Shown: positions 44,509 to 58,665, numbered from the whole stretch's first letter. The stretch is 63,322 nucleotides of DNA, filler included, from Stramenopiles sp. TOSAG23-2 (GCA_900128395.1; 29 parts of 29 records of this genome joined end to end with filler, not necessarily neighbours in it), one strand, 5' to 3'. Notes: generated from the sequence alone by a model not told the origin. Program-made: numbers and translations.

Positions 44509-45034
44509 AATATAATACTGTGAATATGTATGTATATCTTGCAATGAAAGAAATTGTTGTTTTAGTTTGTATTTGTTTCTATTCTTGGAGTAGGTCTTTT
44601 GTTTTATTGTTTCTCTGTATTATTTTTTGAAATCGTTGTTCTGTTCATATAGAGGTTTGATACAGAGTAGTATTGCAAGGATGGTTGTGTTTTTTTGAAT
44701 ACTGTATGACATATTGTTTCGCCAATACTATTCGTATCGTAATTTGAAGATGGATTGTTTGTTGTTTTGACTTGCCATTATATTAATTTACCGCCCTAGT
44801 AAACTTAAACTGCCTTGTTCAAAAAACCAAAATAAATACNNNNNNNNNNNNNNNNNNNNNNNNNNNNNNNNNNNNNNNNNNNNTTAATTAATTAANNNNN
44901 NNNNNNNNNNNNNNNNNNNNNNNNNNNNNNNNNNNNNNNTATATATATATATCCAATTTTAACTAAGAAATAAAAATAAAATAATAATAATTAAAAATAT
45001 ACTAACATATACAAACACAAATAATAATACATAG

Positions 45035-45235
45035 TTCTGGAACACAGTGAAAGGCTTAAAACCAGCAGATACATCAAACTTCTCACAAGAAGATGCATCT
45101 AACTTACAAACAGTTGTACAACAAGTAGCACAAATGGATGATGATATTAACAACCCAAAACGTGAAAATAAAGTAAAAGGTGAATATAGCAAAATACAAA
45201 CAGAGTTAAAAGATGCCGGAGTTGAAAGAAGATAA
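45035..45235 (+). CDS. Terminal exon of an unknown gene
   Basis: Branch ACTAAC and acceptor CATAG precede FWNTVKGLKPAD...VERR*. Confidence 0.45.
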   Translation, partial: FWNTVKGLKPADTSNFSQEDASNLQTVVQQVAQMDDDINNPKRENKVKGEYSKIQTELKDAGVERR

Positions 45236-46481
45236 AAAAAGGAAAAAAATATATTATAGGTTCGCATAGATAACACAAATATAATATATCTTGTTGTTAT
45301 TATTATTAATTGTATGCAAGTGAAAAACAAAACAGGAAAAAAAGAAGTTAAAATACATGTGGAGGTGTTGGAAAGACAAGCATTGGTCATCATTTTAAAA
45401 TATAGCACACGGTGCACACGTAAAATGTTATTGTTCTGGAAAAGATGTGCCGCATTAAAATGAAGAGACACGCAAATTTGAATTTTTTATTACACGTCGT
45501 TTGATGCAAAAACAAAAATATGAAATATACGGGACGTATATATGAAAATGTTTAAAAATGCACGAAAAAAGTAAATTAGCTTTTTACACACACATATTTG
45601 TTTTTATATTAATGAAGTCTTCTTTACGTATTTTTTTAATAATCTCTCCTATGATATATGTATATGATAGAAAGAAATAGGTCGGTAATGCATAATGCAC
45701 TCCAATTTTTATTATTTTTCTAACTCCATTCTGGCATTCACAAACCAGGCAAACGTAGTTGCTTTTCTGTAGTTGCGTTTCTTTTTCTCACACATTTTTA
45801 CAATGCTATTCTCATGCTACAATACCTTTTAGGAAAGAAAACCAGTACCAAGACACCACACAAGACTACGAACTACGATACCAACTACGGAAAAAAAAAT
45901 AGAGATTAAAATGTTGTAGTTGTTCCATCAACGACGACCCTTTTCGACGGCCGCTGGTTTTACCCCATCACCCATCATATAAATGCAATCGCAAAATCCA
46001 ATTCTCACATTGTGCCATTCTTACTATTACACACTACACTATTGCCGTATTATGTTGTATGTTGTATAATATTAGTTATTACTATTAGTCGTCTATCAGA
46101 GAGCGGTATTATTGCCCCTCCATGGCCAGTGAAACGAATGAAAAAAGAAAGGCAAATGTAAATCACAATATCCTTAATAATGTATACAAAATATTATTAT
46201 TATTAACTAATATTAGTAGTTATTAAGGATATAGATGTCCATAAGACCTAACTTTTTTTTTATTCGGTTATACCAAATAGACTGTTTCAAAAGACGTCTA
46301 TTTTTTATATTTATGAATGCACTTTTATTATTTTATCATGCCCCTACTTTAAAAATACATGTTTAATACAATTAAAATATTNNNNNNNNNNNNNNNNNNN
46401 NNNNNNNNNNNNNNNNNNNNNNNNNTTAATTAATTAANNNNNNNNNNNNNNNNNNNNNNNNNNNNNNNNNNNNNNNNNNNN

Positions 46482-47915
46482 GAAAATCGTATTAATGAAT
46501 ATGGATACTTATCGTCAGAAGAAAGACAAAACATAGTAGCACCCGTTGGTGTTGAAGATGACGAAAGTAGTGATGAAATGAAAGAAAGCGACGATGAGGC
46601 TAAAGAAAAGACCCCAAAGAAAGTCAAAAAAAGACTCAAGGAAGTTCATAAAGAATTTAAGAAACGAGACGCGTTGACATTTATCCAAGAAGATCATATT
46701 ATTTTATTGACGGGTTTAGGAATTGAAAATGGGGCTCCAAAGCAATTCAATGAAAAAGAGAGAAAGGCATTAATGATCCCATTAAAATCAATCATAAAAA
46801 TGTGCGACAGGCTTGCTCAAATGACGGAAAATTTGTCACCATCATCAAATCATGAAGTAGAAGAAATCAACAAAATACTAGATAATGAGTTAAGAAAACA
46901 TGGAATCACAAGATTTCAAGCAATGCTGCAAATAATCTACTCAGTGTTTCTATTGATTTTGATATTTGTCTTGATATTTGTGGCGCAAAGAGCATTTGGG
47001 TTTCAAAGTTTAGCAAGTGGTATCGTGACAAGTCTACTCTGCACAGGCTCTACTGCTGGATTTTCCTATGCATCTTCGCAAACTTTAGTAGAGCAAAAAA
47101 AAGGTGATTTAGGCCCAAAAGGTAAAATCACGCATACTATAAACAAAAGAGTTGGAGGAAAAGGTTTTCCACCTCTTATTGATGCCCCAAAAACTATAAT
47201 TACTCCAAAAATTAGGCCCAAGATTCCCCCTCCAGTACCTTCATTTCAGGACGATTATGAAAGCTTAAAGATCGAATTCGCAAAAATTCTAAAAGAAAAA
47301 CTATTTTTACGAAAAAGGAATGACGAAATAGAACATAAGTATGGTATGAATATAGAAGACTGGCGAAGTCGAACGGTAGAAATAGGCAATAGATATCAAG
47401 CACAAAAAGTAATGCACAAAAAAACAGTAAATGATTTAAAAGATAAGCATGACAAAACATTACGTTTGAACATAGAAGACTGGCGGAGTCAAATAGTAAA
47501 AATAGATACTAGACACAAAGCAGAAATTGAACAAAACAGAGTAAAACATAATGAAGTAGTCAATGGACACACAGCTAAAATTGGCGAGTTGACCAGAGAG
47601 CATAACGGCTTCAAAACTGAAAATGCGAAGACAATAGAAGGAAAAGATGATGAAATTAGCAAGCTAACGGAGAAACTGGAAGGAAAAGATGATGAAATTA
47701 AGAAAATGAAAGAAGAAATAATAGGTATTAAAGCCGAAAATACGAAGAAAATGGAAGAAAAAGATAAAGACCTAAGAGAGCAAATAATAAAGTATGAAAG
47801 TATTATCAAAACAAGTAATGACAACAAAAAGATTATTGTTGATTTGAAGGCTAACATTGAAATACTGCAGGGAAAAATAAAAAAATTAGAAAAACAAAAA
47901 CAAATATGGGCCTAA
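46482..47915 (+). CDS. Membrane-anchored coiled-coil protein, 5'-partial
   Basis: Two hydrophobic segments, then a long heptad region with NIEDWRS x2 and EGKDDEI x2. Confidence 0.65.
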   Translation, partial: ENRINEYGYLSSEERQNIVAPVGVEDDESSDEMKESDDEAKEKTPKKVKKRLKEVHKEFKKRDALTFIQEDHIILLTGLGIENGAPKQFNEKERKALMIPLKSIIKMCDRLAQMTENLSPSSNHEVEEINKILDNELRKHGITRFQAMLQIIYSVFLLILIFVLIFVAQRAFGFQSLASGIVTSLLCTGSTAGFSYASSQTLVEQKKGDLGPKGKITHTINKRVGGKGFPPLIDAPKTIITPKIRPKIPPPVPSFQDDYESLKIEFAKILKEKLFLRKRNDEIEHKYGMNIEDWRSRTVEIGNRYQAQKVMHKKTVNDLKDKHDKTLRLNIEDWRSQIVKIDTRHKAEIEQNRVKHNEVVNGHTAKIGELTREHNGFKTENAKTIEGKDDEISKLTEKLEGKDDEIKKMKEEIIGIKAENTKKMEEKDKDLREQIIKYESIIKTSNDNKKIIVDLKANIEILQGKIKKLEKQKQIWA

Positions 47916-48160
47916 AACGAAANNNNNNNNNNNNNNNNNNNNNNNNNNNNNNNNNNNNNNNNNNNNTTAATTAATTAANNNNNNNNNNNNNNNNNNNNNN
48001 NNNNNNNNNNNNNNNNNNNNNNACTTTTTATACTATATTTATTTTAATACTGTTTTCCTTAAATATTTCTTTCTTCCAAGTCTCTTCTTTGTTATCTTGT
48101 AACGTTAACACTCGTATACACATCAGGGCAGGGAATAATAAATACTTTATTAATGTAAAT

Positions 48161-48218
48161 AATTAAAATCTAAGTTTTATCTCTCCCGTTAATAGTAAAT
48201 GCTATGATGCTCAATACT
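48161..48218 (+). repeat. Dispersed repeat, degenerate partial copy
   Basis: TTAAAATCTAAGTT...TCCCG...TGCTCAATACT. Confidence 0.55.
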
Positions 48219-48333
48219 TGATGGAATTAAATTAGTTTGGATTGTAGATCAGATTTTAAATTGAATTTATATTTTGCTATTGTTATTATTACCCTTTGCA
48301 ACCAATATGTTTGACAATTGACTTTAATGCTGT

Positions 48334-49463
48334 ATGAATATGTTTTATTTTTTTCATCATTATTTTTTGCTAATTTTTTTAATAATAATTATAAATGTAA
48401 TAATAATTGCATCTGCTAATACTAATAATGATAATAATAATAATAATAATAATAACGTCTTATCACCGCTCGATTTGCAAATGGTTTTTCAAGGCATGAA
48501 AAATGGTAGCACTGTATACGTAGACGATGTAGAAAATAATGGTTGGTCTATCTCTATATATCCACATCAAAATAATGACGTACGGCTACTAGTAAAAAAG
48601 AATGGAAAATTTTTGAAAAATTATAGGAAAGGTACAAGATATGTTGATTCAATTATTGGTATGCATCATATTGAAGCAATTGCAGTTTTTCAAACCCATG
48701 TCGTACGACGTCAACTTTATTATACCATTTTATCGAGGGAACGTGGATTAACCGAATGGGGTATTCCTCCATACACCCCACGCGGTTTTGTACCATCAAT
48801 TTACGTTGATGAATGGCTTCTTAGTGGGACACTATATTTACAACTGTTATTGCCAAAATGCATTTTTAAAACACAAAAGAAATTCCCAATAATCGCATAT
48901 TTACGCAATAAAACAACGATGGAATTATTACCAGTACCACTAGATATCAATTTTAACAGAGGAAACGATGAGATGATATTTGAAATGTCATTTTTTCGTG
49001 GAATGGCAAGTGCATTAGTACCAATTCCATTGTCTATAGCATCATCTGCCACTTCTACTTCTATTGGCTTAAGATTCTTTCGTAATAGTAATTTATTTGG
49101 AGAAACAGAACTTGAATTTTGTAATATGCATTATAAATTGCCTAAATATGAATTTTTAAACAGTTATGAAGGTGTAGATACCAATGTACACTTCCCAGCA
49201 AATATTATATTATCAAATATAAATGTAAATCATAATGACAATAATATTGATATCGAAACAGAAGCGTATGGCATTGATGATGATCATGATGATGATGATG
49301 ATGTAGAAGACGAGGCAGAAAAAACAAATGCGGTTCTTAATAATCAAAAGAATGATATACATATCACAAACAATGCTGAAGTTACTATTTGTGGTGGCTC
49401 CATCGTTTTGTTAAAAGAAGATACAAATATATATATCAACTCCGGTGGAAAGCTTCGTATCGA
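48334..49463 (+). CDS. Secreted protein of unknown function, 3'-partial
   Basis: Signal peptide, poly-Asn, long open frame to contig end. Confidence 0.65.
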
Positions 49464-49563
49464 NNNNNNNNNNNNNNNNNNNNNNNNNNNNNNNNNNNNN
49501 NNNNNNNTTAATTAATTAANNNNNNNNNNNNNNNNNNNNNNNNNNNNNNNNNNNNNNNNNNNN

Positions 49564-51004
49564 TATTCTTTCAATGTCATATTATTATTATTACCATTAC
49601 TACCATTCACATCATTATTACGCCCTGTAATCAATAATTTCACATCCTCAAAACGTCCTTTTTCACATGCACATATTATTGGAGTACCTTCTGGAAATTC
49701 TTCTTTATATTTTTTCCTTAATTCCTTAATTGTCAATAAGTCTTTCATCTTTCTTTTTTCCATTTCATTACGACGTTCTTCCGCTTCTAATTGTTCAATC
49801 TCATTTTTAAAACCTGCTGTTGATTTTCGTGGTAATTCTTGTTGGTTCTTTATTTGGCTGAGTTTATACTTTGATGAACCTAAATATGTTTTTGTTGATT
49901 CAGGTATATCTAAAGTATCGAATACTGCAGTAAAGCTTTTTGCTGGCGGCTTATTCATGCTTTTTTCGGAATTTAAATTGTTTTGTTTTTTAGAAGAAGG
50001 TTTCTCCTCTAGTGATGATTTTTCATTCGAATCTAGTATAGTCTTTATAATTGGTTCAGGTTTTTCTTTAATAACATTAGTCTCTACACCCCCTGAATCT
50101 GAATAGTCATCTGTACGATCTCTTATTGGCACAACAAGTTCACGCCCCTGATCCTGCTTCTTCAAACTTTCATCATCTTTAAATGTTGTATCGGTAATAG
50201 TGCTATGAAAAAAACCATTCTTAACGGGTTCATTTACTATCACTAAAAAATCTTTTGCACGTGTCATAGCACGATATAATGTTGTTTTATCTTTATTATG
50301 CTGTTTACGCAATTCACTAATTGTCACACCAAAACCAACCACAATCGCAATATCATATTCTAAACCATCTTGATTAGAAATGGTATCGACTACCATTTGC
50401 ACTGATTTATATTCCAATTGTGGAAATTTTCCAAACATCTCTTCAGCACTGAATAGTTCAAATTGAAGACGTTTTCTTTTTGTTTTTGTATTTAATTCGC
50501 TTTGTAAAAGATTTTTGAACTCGTGTTGGTCAAACTTTGTATTATTACTAGGAATGATAATAGAAACACGATGATTTAAATCCCAAAATCCTTCCTCATG
50601 CGACTTTCTATTTTTTGCATAATATATTGCCTCTATTGTTGTACGAACATATGCATTTAGAATCTGGTCGTTTTGAACATTTATCATAAACATTTTCACC
50701 GCTTCACCAAATTGTTTGGTTTTGCATGTTGGTGTTTGCTCCATGTGTTTGAATAGATGTGATGCTAACGTAATTCGTTGCGTCGATCGTACTACATCAT
50801 TTAATTCTATATTGTAAATAATTTCCATTGTTTGCTCATCATTCCCATCTTCTTCTTCCTCGGCAGCTGCTTCTTTTATTCTACTTTCTATGTCTTTTAT
50901 GGTGGAAGGATCTTGGGATGGATCGGTAAGTATGATCCGTTTTTTTGCCGTATAAAAATGTTGACGATGTATTTGTTTCCATTCTCTATTCTTTTCATGT
51001 ATTG
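49564..51004 (-). CDS. SF1/UvrD-like helicase C-terminal region followed by ankyrin repeat(s); partial at both ends
   Basis: Frame open to 51004: IILTDPSQ (III), LNDVVRSTQRI (IV), DTISNQDGLEYDIAIVV (V), LYRAMTRAK (VI); then GTPIICACEKGRFEDVKLLI. Confidence 0.7.
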
Positions 51005-51706
51005 NNNNNNNNNNNNNNNNNNNNNNNNNNNNNNNNNNNNNNNNNNNNTTAATTAATTAANNNNNNNNNNNNNNNNNNNNNNNNNNNNNNNNNNNNNNNN
51101 NNNNAGTAGACGAAGAGGAAGTTGTTGATCCAGAGGAAAAAACGGAGAAGAAAGAAAAAAGAGGTGAAGAAGAAGTAACACACAACAAATAAAATGTCGT
51201 GTCTGGTTTGTGGTTCAATGCACGATAAAATCCGTTATATATACTCACAAGTTGTTTACGTATATCAAAAATATATGTTCTATTGTTTTTCTAAAACATA
51301 TACTTCGTAACGTGTACTGTATATATATAACTCCATTACTGTGTGTGCGTGTGTGGTCTCGCATCTCTAAAAAAACACACCCATTTATATAAGGAATTTA
51401 CAATTTTGTCCCCATTTTAAGGGATTATATTAAACATAATATAATGGAAAATGATACATATAGATATAATATAAATATAGCATTAGTATCTCTAGTAATA
51501 AATAAAAGGGTTCAAAAGTGCAAAATATATTATTATATTTTATTATTTATTTATTTAAAAAAAACATTATATTTATGATGTGATACTCTTCTGACAAAAG
51601 TTTATGCTACTATTATTTGCCAACACCACCACCATACATTTCTTTCAACTTTTTTTGTAATTTCTAATATCTCTTGCGCTTTGTTTTTCACCCTCCATAT
51701 AGGGTA

Positions 51707-52545
51707 ATGTCATCGATATGGACGAAGCATGAAGATCCAACAACGAAAAGGATATATTATCATAATAAAGAAACAAATGAAACGAAATGGGAAGATAATG
51801 CTGTAGTTACAATACATACAGATCCAACTACAAGTAGAAGATATTCATATAATGCTATAACAGAAGAAACAGAATGGTTAATAGAGGAAGATATGAATGA
51901 ACTAAATGATGATGAGGATGAAGACACAATGAATAGTAATAATAATGAGAATGAAAATAATACGAAGGATCAATGGACAGTAAATACAGATCAAACAACT
52001 GGTAGAAAATATTATTTTAATGCAACAACTGGTGAAACAAAATGGGCAAACACCGAGGAGGAGGAGGAGGAAGATGTAGAAGTAGAACAACAACAACAAA
52101 ATCTAATATCAAAGAATATTACTATACATAAAGATCCTAAAACTGGAAGGCGGTTTAGTTACGATGCAACGACTAAGCAAACGGAATGGGTCGAAGATGA
52201 CATTACCATTACAAAAACTAATATTCAGGACTATCACACGGTGCAGGACCATCGCTCCACAAACACGGTGCAGGACTATCGCAATGACAACTCCTACTAT
52301 CAAATTGATGCAATTGTAAATGATCAAATTGATGCAATTGTAAATGATGATTATGTGGAAGATGACATTACCATTACAAAAACTAATATTCGTAGTGGTG
52401 TACCAGGCGTAATTTTGTCACCTCAGGACTATCACACGGTGCAGGACCATCGCTCCACAAACACGGTGCAGGATGATTATGTGCAGGAGGATTATCTTAA
52501 AGAAAAATTCCAATATATAAATTTCAAAGATACGTTGCAAATTTT
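51707..52545 (+). CDS. Protein with four WW-like domains, 3'-partial
   Basis: WTKHEDPTTKRIYYHNKETNETKW and three similar units. Confidence 0.85.
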
Positions 52546-53366
52546 NNNNNNNNNNNNNNNNNNNNNNNNNNNNNNNNNNNNNNNNNNNNTTAATTAATTA
52601 ANNNNNNNNNNNNNNNNNNNNNNNNNNNNNNNNNNNNNNNNNNNNAATATACAATAATTATGATTATCAAAACAACCATAATAATATATATTCTAAGAAT
52701 GCAGCAATAGAATGGTATGATAGAGATGATGAAAAATACATGTCATTTATAAAAAAATTAAAAAATACGATAGAAAGAACCATATTAGATATTTTGTAAA
52801 AAGAAGTTATATCCCGCCTGTGAGAGGTACAGATTTAATCTACACTAATATATAATATATATATAACATATGCATATAATATATCATATGTAAGGATGGA
52901 AAATTGAAAGTTAAGTTCAATAATGATATGATACAAAAAAATACAGATTGATTAAAGGATGTGATTTATTTATTTACGAGTAGCTTTTTTACCTAACTCT
53001 GAATCACAGGCAGAGGAAGACTCTTTTGAATACTAAAATGATACGTATTTACTACGAGTACTAGAGTATACTCGTATTAAAAAATATATACATATACTCC
53101 TTTTAAAATATTTTATAAAAGATTTTGTAAAATATACAAATTCGTACGAATATATATTTTTAAAACTTTTCCTAAAAAAGCTTTTTTGAAAAAAATATGA
53201 AGAGGGTGTACATCGCCCCCCGCATTAAATTTTTTATGTGTTCTCGTCAGAAATGAGAGTAATCCCATCATACTAAAATACCATGTATAATTAAAATATA
53301 TATATATGTAATACGTCGTATATATATACAAATATTTACGTATTACATGTCGTATTTTCTCTCTCT

Positions 53367-54014
53367 TTATATAAACATTCCATGAATTAATCTTTTCAAT
53401 GCACGATAACATATAATAGCCCACGTTACAGCACTCATTGCAATACTACCCTCGTCAATTGAAAAACTTATGAAACGTGTCATTGGATGAAACCATGAAG
53501 ATGGGAAATATACAAGCGGTGTCCCCCAATAAAATAACGCAATCAAACTGATTAAAAATGGTTGTGATAAATATTTCCAACCTTTTTTAAACAAAAATGC
53601 TGCTACAGATGAGTTTGATGACGATGTAAAAGCAGATACGAAAGAATCATCTAGCAATGCTTTCAAAGGCTTCTGGTCTTTTTCCAATGCATTAATCGTG
53701 CGTTGTATTTTGGCCCGCTTTGTAAAATTGTCAATGCCATGTAATTTCATTTCTTTTTCTTTTAATATACTAAGTTGATCTTCTATTTGATTTAATCTTC
53801 CTCTATCTTTATATTGTATAACATAAACATATATATCAATAAAAAATTCTACCAATAATATTGTCAATAATACACAAATACATGTAGTTGGTGTATCCGT
53901 GTCAGATGCAAAAAAAGATGAACATGCAGCTGTTGTAAACTGTGAAGAAGAAGAAGCATCATTTTCATCTGTCAAAATTTCAGATACCTTGCGTGTATCT
54001 ATTTTAATAGACAT
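53367..54014 (-). CDS. GET1: Get1/WRB tail-anchored protein insertase receptor
   Basis: TM, coiled coil DNFTKRAKIQRTINAL, TM, PLVYFPSSWFHP, AVTW; typical size. Confidence 0.7.
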   Translation of the reverse strand: MSIKIDTRKVSEILTDENDASSSSQFTTAACSSFFASDTDTPTTCICVLLTILLVEFFIDIYVYVIQYKDRGRLNQIEDQLSILKEKEMKLHGIDNFTKRAKIQRTINALEKDQKPLKALLDDSFVSAFTSSSNSSVAAFLFKKGWKYLSQPFLISLIALFYWGTPLVYFPSSWFHPMTRFISFSIDEGSIAMSAVTWAIICYRALKRLIHGMFI

Positions 54015-54482
54015 TTCTTCCTTTTAAAATAGTAAAAAAGTATTTATAGAATGACTTTATATTTATATAGTATATATTATATATCNNNNNNNNNNNNNNN
54101 NNNNNNNNNNNNNNNNNNNNNNNNNNNNNTTAATTAATTAANNNNNNNNNNNNNNNNNNNNNNNNNNNNNNNNNNNNNNNNNNNNAATTATGAAAGTAAA
54201 CAAAGGATATATAAATGAACACATAAAACAACGAAGATTTAGAAAAGAACAGAATTCTTAAATCCCTCATTACCTTTGAAAAATATTTGATGTTTAAAGT
54301 TATGCACATGTCATACGAGCCACGTAGATAATAATTTTACTTCCCGCTTGAAAAATATATATTTTTTATATCCCGAGAGACTTTAAAACACACACACACA
54401 CACACACATAAATGTGCGCGTACGATGTAAAATATCAAAAAATAAGAGATGGCGTATGTGGTTAATTCTTTTTATACACTAG

Positions 54483-54639
54483 ATGATGGTTAAAATCTAA
54501 GTTATAATAATTTTACTTCCCGGTGGTAAATAATACTGCTCAATACTCAATCTCAAGAATGAAATTATGCAATATTTAATATTTTTCTAAAAAACCTACT
54601 AATATCTTAAGTGAAACTCTAATGCACGTCTGCAAACTA
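54483..54639 (+). repeat. Dispersed repeat copy
   Basis: GGTTAAAATCTAAGTTATAATAATTTTACTTCCCG...CAATACTCAATCTCAAGAAT...CTCTAATGCACGTCTGCAAACTA. Confidence 0.88.
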
Positions 54640-54672
54640 TTTACGCGTAATTTCTTTAATCTTTTTTACTTT

Positions 54673-55625
54673 TTATCTAGATGATGATACTAGAAAACGT
54701 TGTTGTAATCGTTGTTTACCTTGTATCTGTAAAAAAGATTTGCCTCTTCTTCTTTTTCTTCTCTTTCGTACTTTTTTTGATCTTTTACGATGTCTTTTTT
54801 TTATTAGCTTCTTTAACTTGATACGATTATTGATATTATTATTGTCACTGTTTGATAATGGTGGTGGCAGAAATATATCCTGCAACTTTTTATAATTGTT
54901 ATAATCATAAATTGCTTGCAAATCTGAAAGAGCAATATTTCCGTTTGTTGATAATTTCATCTTAACAGAATTTTGATCCGCAGTAATGTTGCTTGCACTA
55001 ACCATATCACTTTCTGGGCCGCCAGAGGAACTTACTTCTAATGTTGTTGTTTTCTTCGCATTTTTCACCAATGTTGCAATCGATAATTTTCTATTATTTT
55101 CTCTTTCGTCATAAATGGTATTTAAAAATTTGTCAAAATTATTGTTTCTACTCTCGTTGTTAACTACCATATGATCATTATTGGGATGCAGCGAATCATG
55201 TGAGTGATAACGATTGAGATAACCACCTCCACAATTCAGTTTTGAACGTAGATTTGTAGCGAGAAAAAAATCTTTATGATATCCTCGAAACTGTCCAGAT
55301 ACTTTATATATTTTTTCCATATGATTGTACCAGTTTGGATCATTATCAATATCATTAGCTGGTAGAGGATACTTTGATGGATTAATATCTATGCCATTAC
55401 TTTCCATAGGAAGCATGGCGGCAGCACTTTTGTTACTACAGTTCTTATCAGTACAATCATCTGTTAATGAATAACTACTAGAATAATTAAAATCTGCATC
55501 TTCAATATTATTGCATTTAGAAATATCATTTATATGGTTTATGTGGTGGTGGTATGCCTCTTTATTAATATTATTAATTTTATTATTACCTAGAGAGTTG
55601 CTAATAATCTCAGCATTATTGTTAT
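54673..55625 (-). CDS. Asn-rich hypothetical protein fragment
   Basis: Frame appears open from contig end; basic KR tract near the C-terminus. Confidence 0.5.
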
Positions 55626-56130
55626 NNNNNNNNNNNNNNNNNNNNNNNNNNNNNNNNNNNNNNNNNNNNTTAATTAATTAANNNNNNNNNNNNNNNNNNN
55701 NNNNNNNNNNNNNNNNNNNNNNNNNGTATATGCAATTTTTTATATTCAATCATATTTACACATTCTTCCCATAATTCAGCACCAAATTGGAATTTAAAAG
55801 CTAGAGAAAAGTTAGGATTGGAAAAAGAGAAAAAAGATTAAAGCGTGTTATAAATGTATAGATTTTGAAGTTCCTAAAACTTTAATGAATTTATAAAAAA
55901 AAATATATGTGTAAATACAGTAAAATATTAAAAAATGATAAAATAAAAAAAAGCTACTAATGCACAAAGATAACAGTTAAACTAGATCGATATAGAGATT
56001 TAAAAAACTACGAAGTACTAAAACACGAGAGACGTAAAAATTTTTAACCCTTCTGCTGAATTTACATTCTCTCCCTTTCTCTCATCTATATACCTCACAC
56101 ACACACACACACATTGTCCATCTCTCCCTC

Positions 56131-56805
56131 TTATAATTTATCAGTGTGTGCAATACATTTATTCACAACTTTCAATAAATGTGCATTTTCTAAAGCAGCA
56201 GCAACTCTTTCTTTATCATTTAATTGTTTATTTACAGCATCTTCTTGTGCATGTGTTCCAGGTGTAATTGATACACGGACTTTAAATCGTTTTGGCAATG
56301 AACGTAATAATTTCACACGAATACTTAATCCAATTAATGTAGCCATGCTGCAATGTGGTATTGTTGGAGTAAAGCGTACATCGACAACATTGTTTTGATT
56401 ATCGATATCAATATTTTCTAATGTTGTTACATGTAATTGTTCTAGTGTTAAAGGGTGTTCTGGATCATTTAAATGTCGTATCATTTCAAAAACTTCTAAA
56501 GAATCAAAATTATCTTTATTTTTAGTTTCGATATTTGTAGAAGTAAATTTATTTACAAGATCCGTCGTATCTTTTGATTCTTTCATTTCTACATCATTAT
56601 CATTGTTGTTGTCATTGTTATTACTATTATTACCATATGCATATAATTCATCCTCCTCAAACGAGTTCACCTTATCAATTAAAGCAAATTCATTTTTACT
56701 AATAAATTTATATTTTTTCCCATCTTGTTCTTTTCCTTTTAAAAATGTACTATGCGATAAGTCACTGACATTATATACAGTGGGATTTGCATTTTGTTTT
56801 TCCAT
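56131..56805 (-). CDS. CIAO2B: Cytosolic Fe-S assembly factor CIA2B/FAM96B/MIP18
   Basis: [56 protein letters not shown]. Confidence 0.95.
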   Translation of the reverse strand: MEKQNANPTVYNVSDLSHSTFLKGKEQDGKKYKFISKNEFALIDKVNSFEEDELYAYGNNSNNNDNNNDNDVEMKESKDTTDLVNKFTSTNIETKNKDNFDSLEVFEMIRHLNDPEHPLTLEQLHVTTLENIDIDNQNNVVDVRFTPTIPHCSMATLIGLSIRVKLLRSLPKRFKVRVSITPGTHAQEDAVNKQLNDKERVAAALENAHLLKVVNKCIAHTDKL

Positions 56806-57596
56806 CGTGTGTTGTTTTTGTTGTTTGTTAATATTTATATTTATATATAAAAATATACGAAAAGACAATCAACTCTTACAAACTAATCCTGTTCAAAACT
56901 ACTTTTGTACTATCAACATTAAATGATATATATACAGAATGAATATGTATTTATTTTTTGCTGCACTTTTATTATCGCTTTTGTTGTATTTTTTTTTGTG
57001 ATCGATATTAGAGGAGGTGGGGTGGAAAAGTGGCTATATAGGGGTATTGTACTTGGTAGTATATGAATATATAGTACTAAATATTAATTATTATGTGAAT
57101 ATCCACATTAACATCCCTACCACTTGTTGATACCCGTTTGATCCATCTCTTTTATATTGTTGTAANNNNNNNNNNNNNNNNNNNNNNNNNNNNNNNNNNN
57201 NNNNNNNNNTTAATTAATTAANNNNNNNNNNNNNNNNNNNNNNNNNNNNNNNNNNNNNNNNNNNNGTAGAGGGTAGAGGGGGCCAGGAAGTGCGTTATAA
57301 AATTAAAAATATTGCATATTAATATCACACATGTGTGTTTTAGAAGTTAAAGAAGTACCACATAATATCATACGAATCGTAGTTAAAAAAAATCTTAAAT
57401 AAAAAGAGTTTAAATTTTACCACACACGTCGCAGATCTCAGCTCAGGAACACTTTCCTCTGCGGCGTGCGGCGTGCGGCAGTCTCGCTACAAAACACAAA
57501 ACCCACACCTCCTTTCCGTCTTCCGTCGCGACACACTGTTCATCTCTGGAAAACGTAAAACTAATACACATATCACTCACATCCCATACACAACAT

Positions 57597-58665
57597 TTAC
57601 GACGCTTGTTGCAATAAACCAACTGTATCGATATCTACAGCAACACCATTGTCACCACTACCACTAGATGCAACATGTTTTTGTACATTACGTTCATCAT
57701 TGACCAATGTAAAACTAATCATACAAATAAATGTACCACATAGTAGCCAAAACAATACACCAACGGTAAATGCACTTTGTCGTCCACCGGTAATTGTTTC
57801 TAACCCACTTATTAACAATGGCCCAAAACCACGTCCTAAATCATCTGTTAAACCAAAGACACCGTTCGCAACACCACGCATTTCTGGTACATTGCAATTT
57901 AATACTACTGCTTTGATATTTGCACCTGTTACACTTGCAATTGCACCACCACCAAAACTAATAAATAGAAATGATGTATAATGAAATGGTGAATTAATTA
58001 AATACAACATTGGTATTGAACCTAACATCGTCGTAATGCCCATTAACCAACATAAACTTGGTTTACTACGATTATACATAAATTGTCCAAGTAAACCACC
58101 TAAACTTTGTCCAATTAATAATTGTCCTAAATTCCATGCGATGATAATGGACGTTGCTTGCATAATTGTTGCACCACGATCTGTATGTAAATAATCTGTC
58201 ATAAATGCAAAGATAATACCCCATGGAACACATCCAGGTATACCTTGTAAAAATAATAATATATTTGTTTTGATTTTAAATAGATCTTTCTGTAGTTTGT
58301 TGTGTGTGTATGTATATATATATATATTTATATAAGCAGATTGCTGTTAGTATGATGATGGTGGTGGTTAATAAAAACATATAAATAAAATATCATGTAT
58401 ACGTACCATCTTTTGTAACGAGGCTTTTGCTTTATATTTTGGTACATTTACAGCACCTTCACTAATTAATTCATCGATTGATTTTTTACGATTATAATCA
58501 ACCATTGGTACAGCGATATTATCATCATCATTACTACCACCACGATGATCATGTTCAACAATTGGACTAAAATCTGGATGTTGTACATCTAATGATACGC
58601 GACGTTGTGTAGTCATTTCTTGTGCTGCACGTGGTGGATCTTCCGTTGTACGTAACACTAATATC
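57597..58665 (-). CDS. MFS transporter (Spinster-like), 3' part, intron 58290-58406
   Basis: LQGIPGCVPWG, NCNVPEMRG, DDLGRGFGP. Donor GTACGT and acceptor CTACAG keep the frame (SLQKM|KDLFKIKTN). Confidence 0.8.

Noticed and set aside
52193-52480. CRISPR-like repeat-spacer array
   Set aside because: Repeats are in-frame coding duplications with irregular spacing; no cas genes; eukaryotic context.
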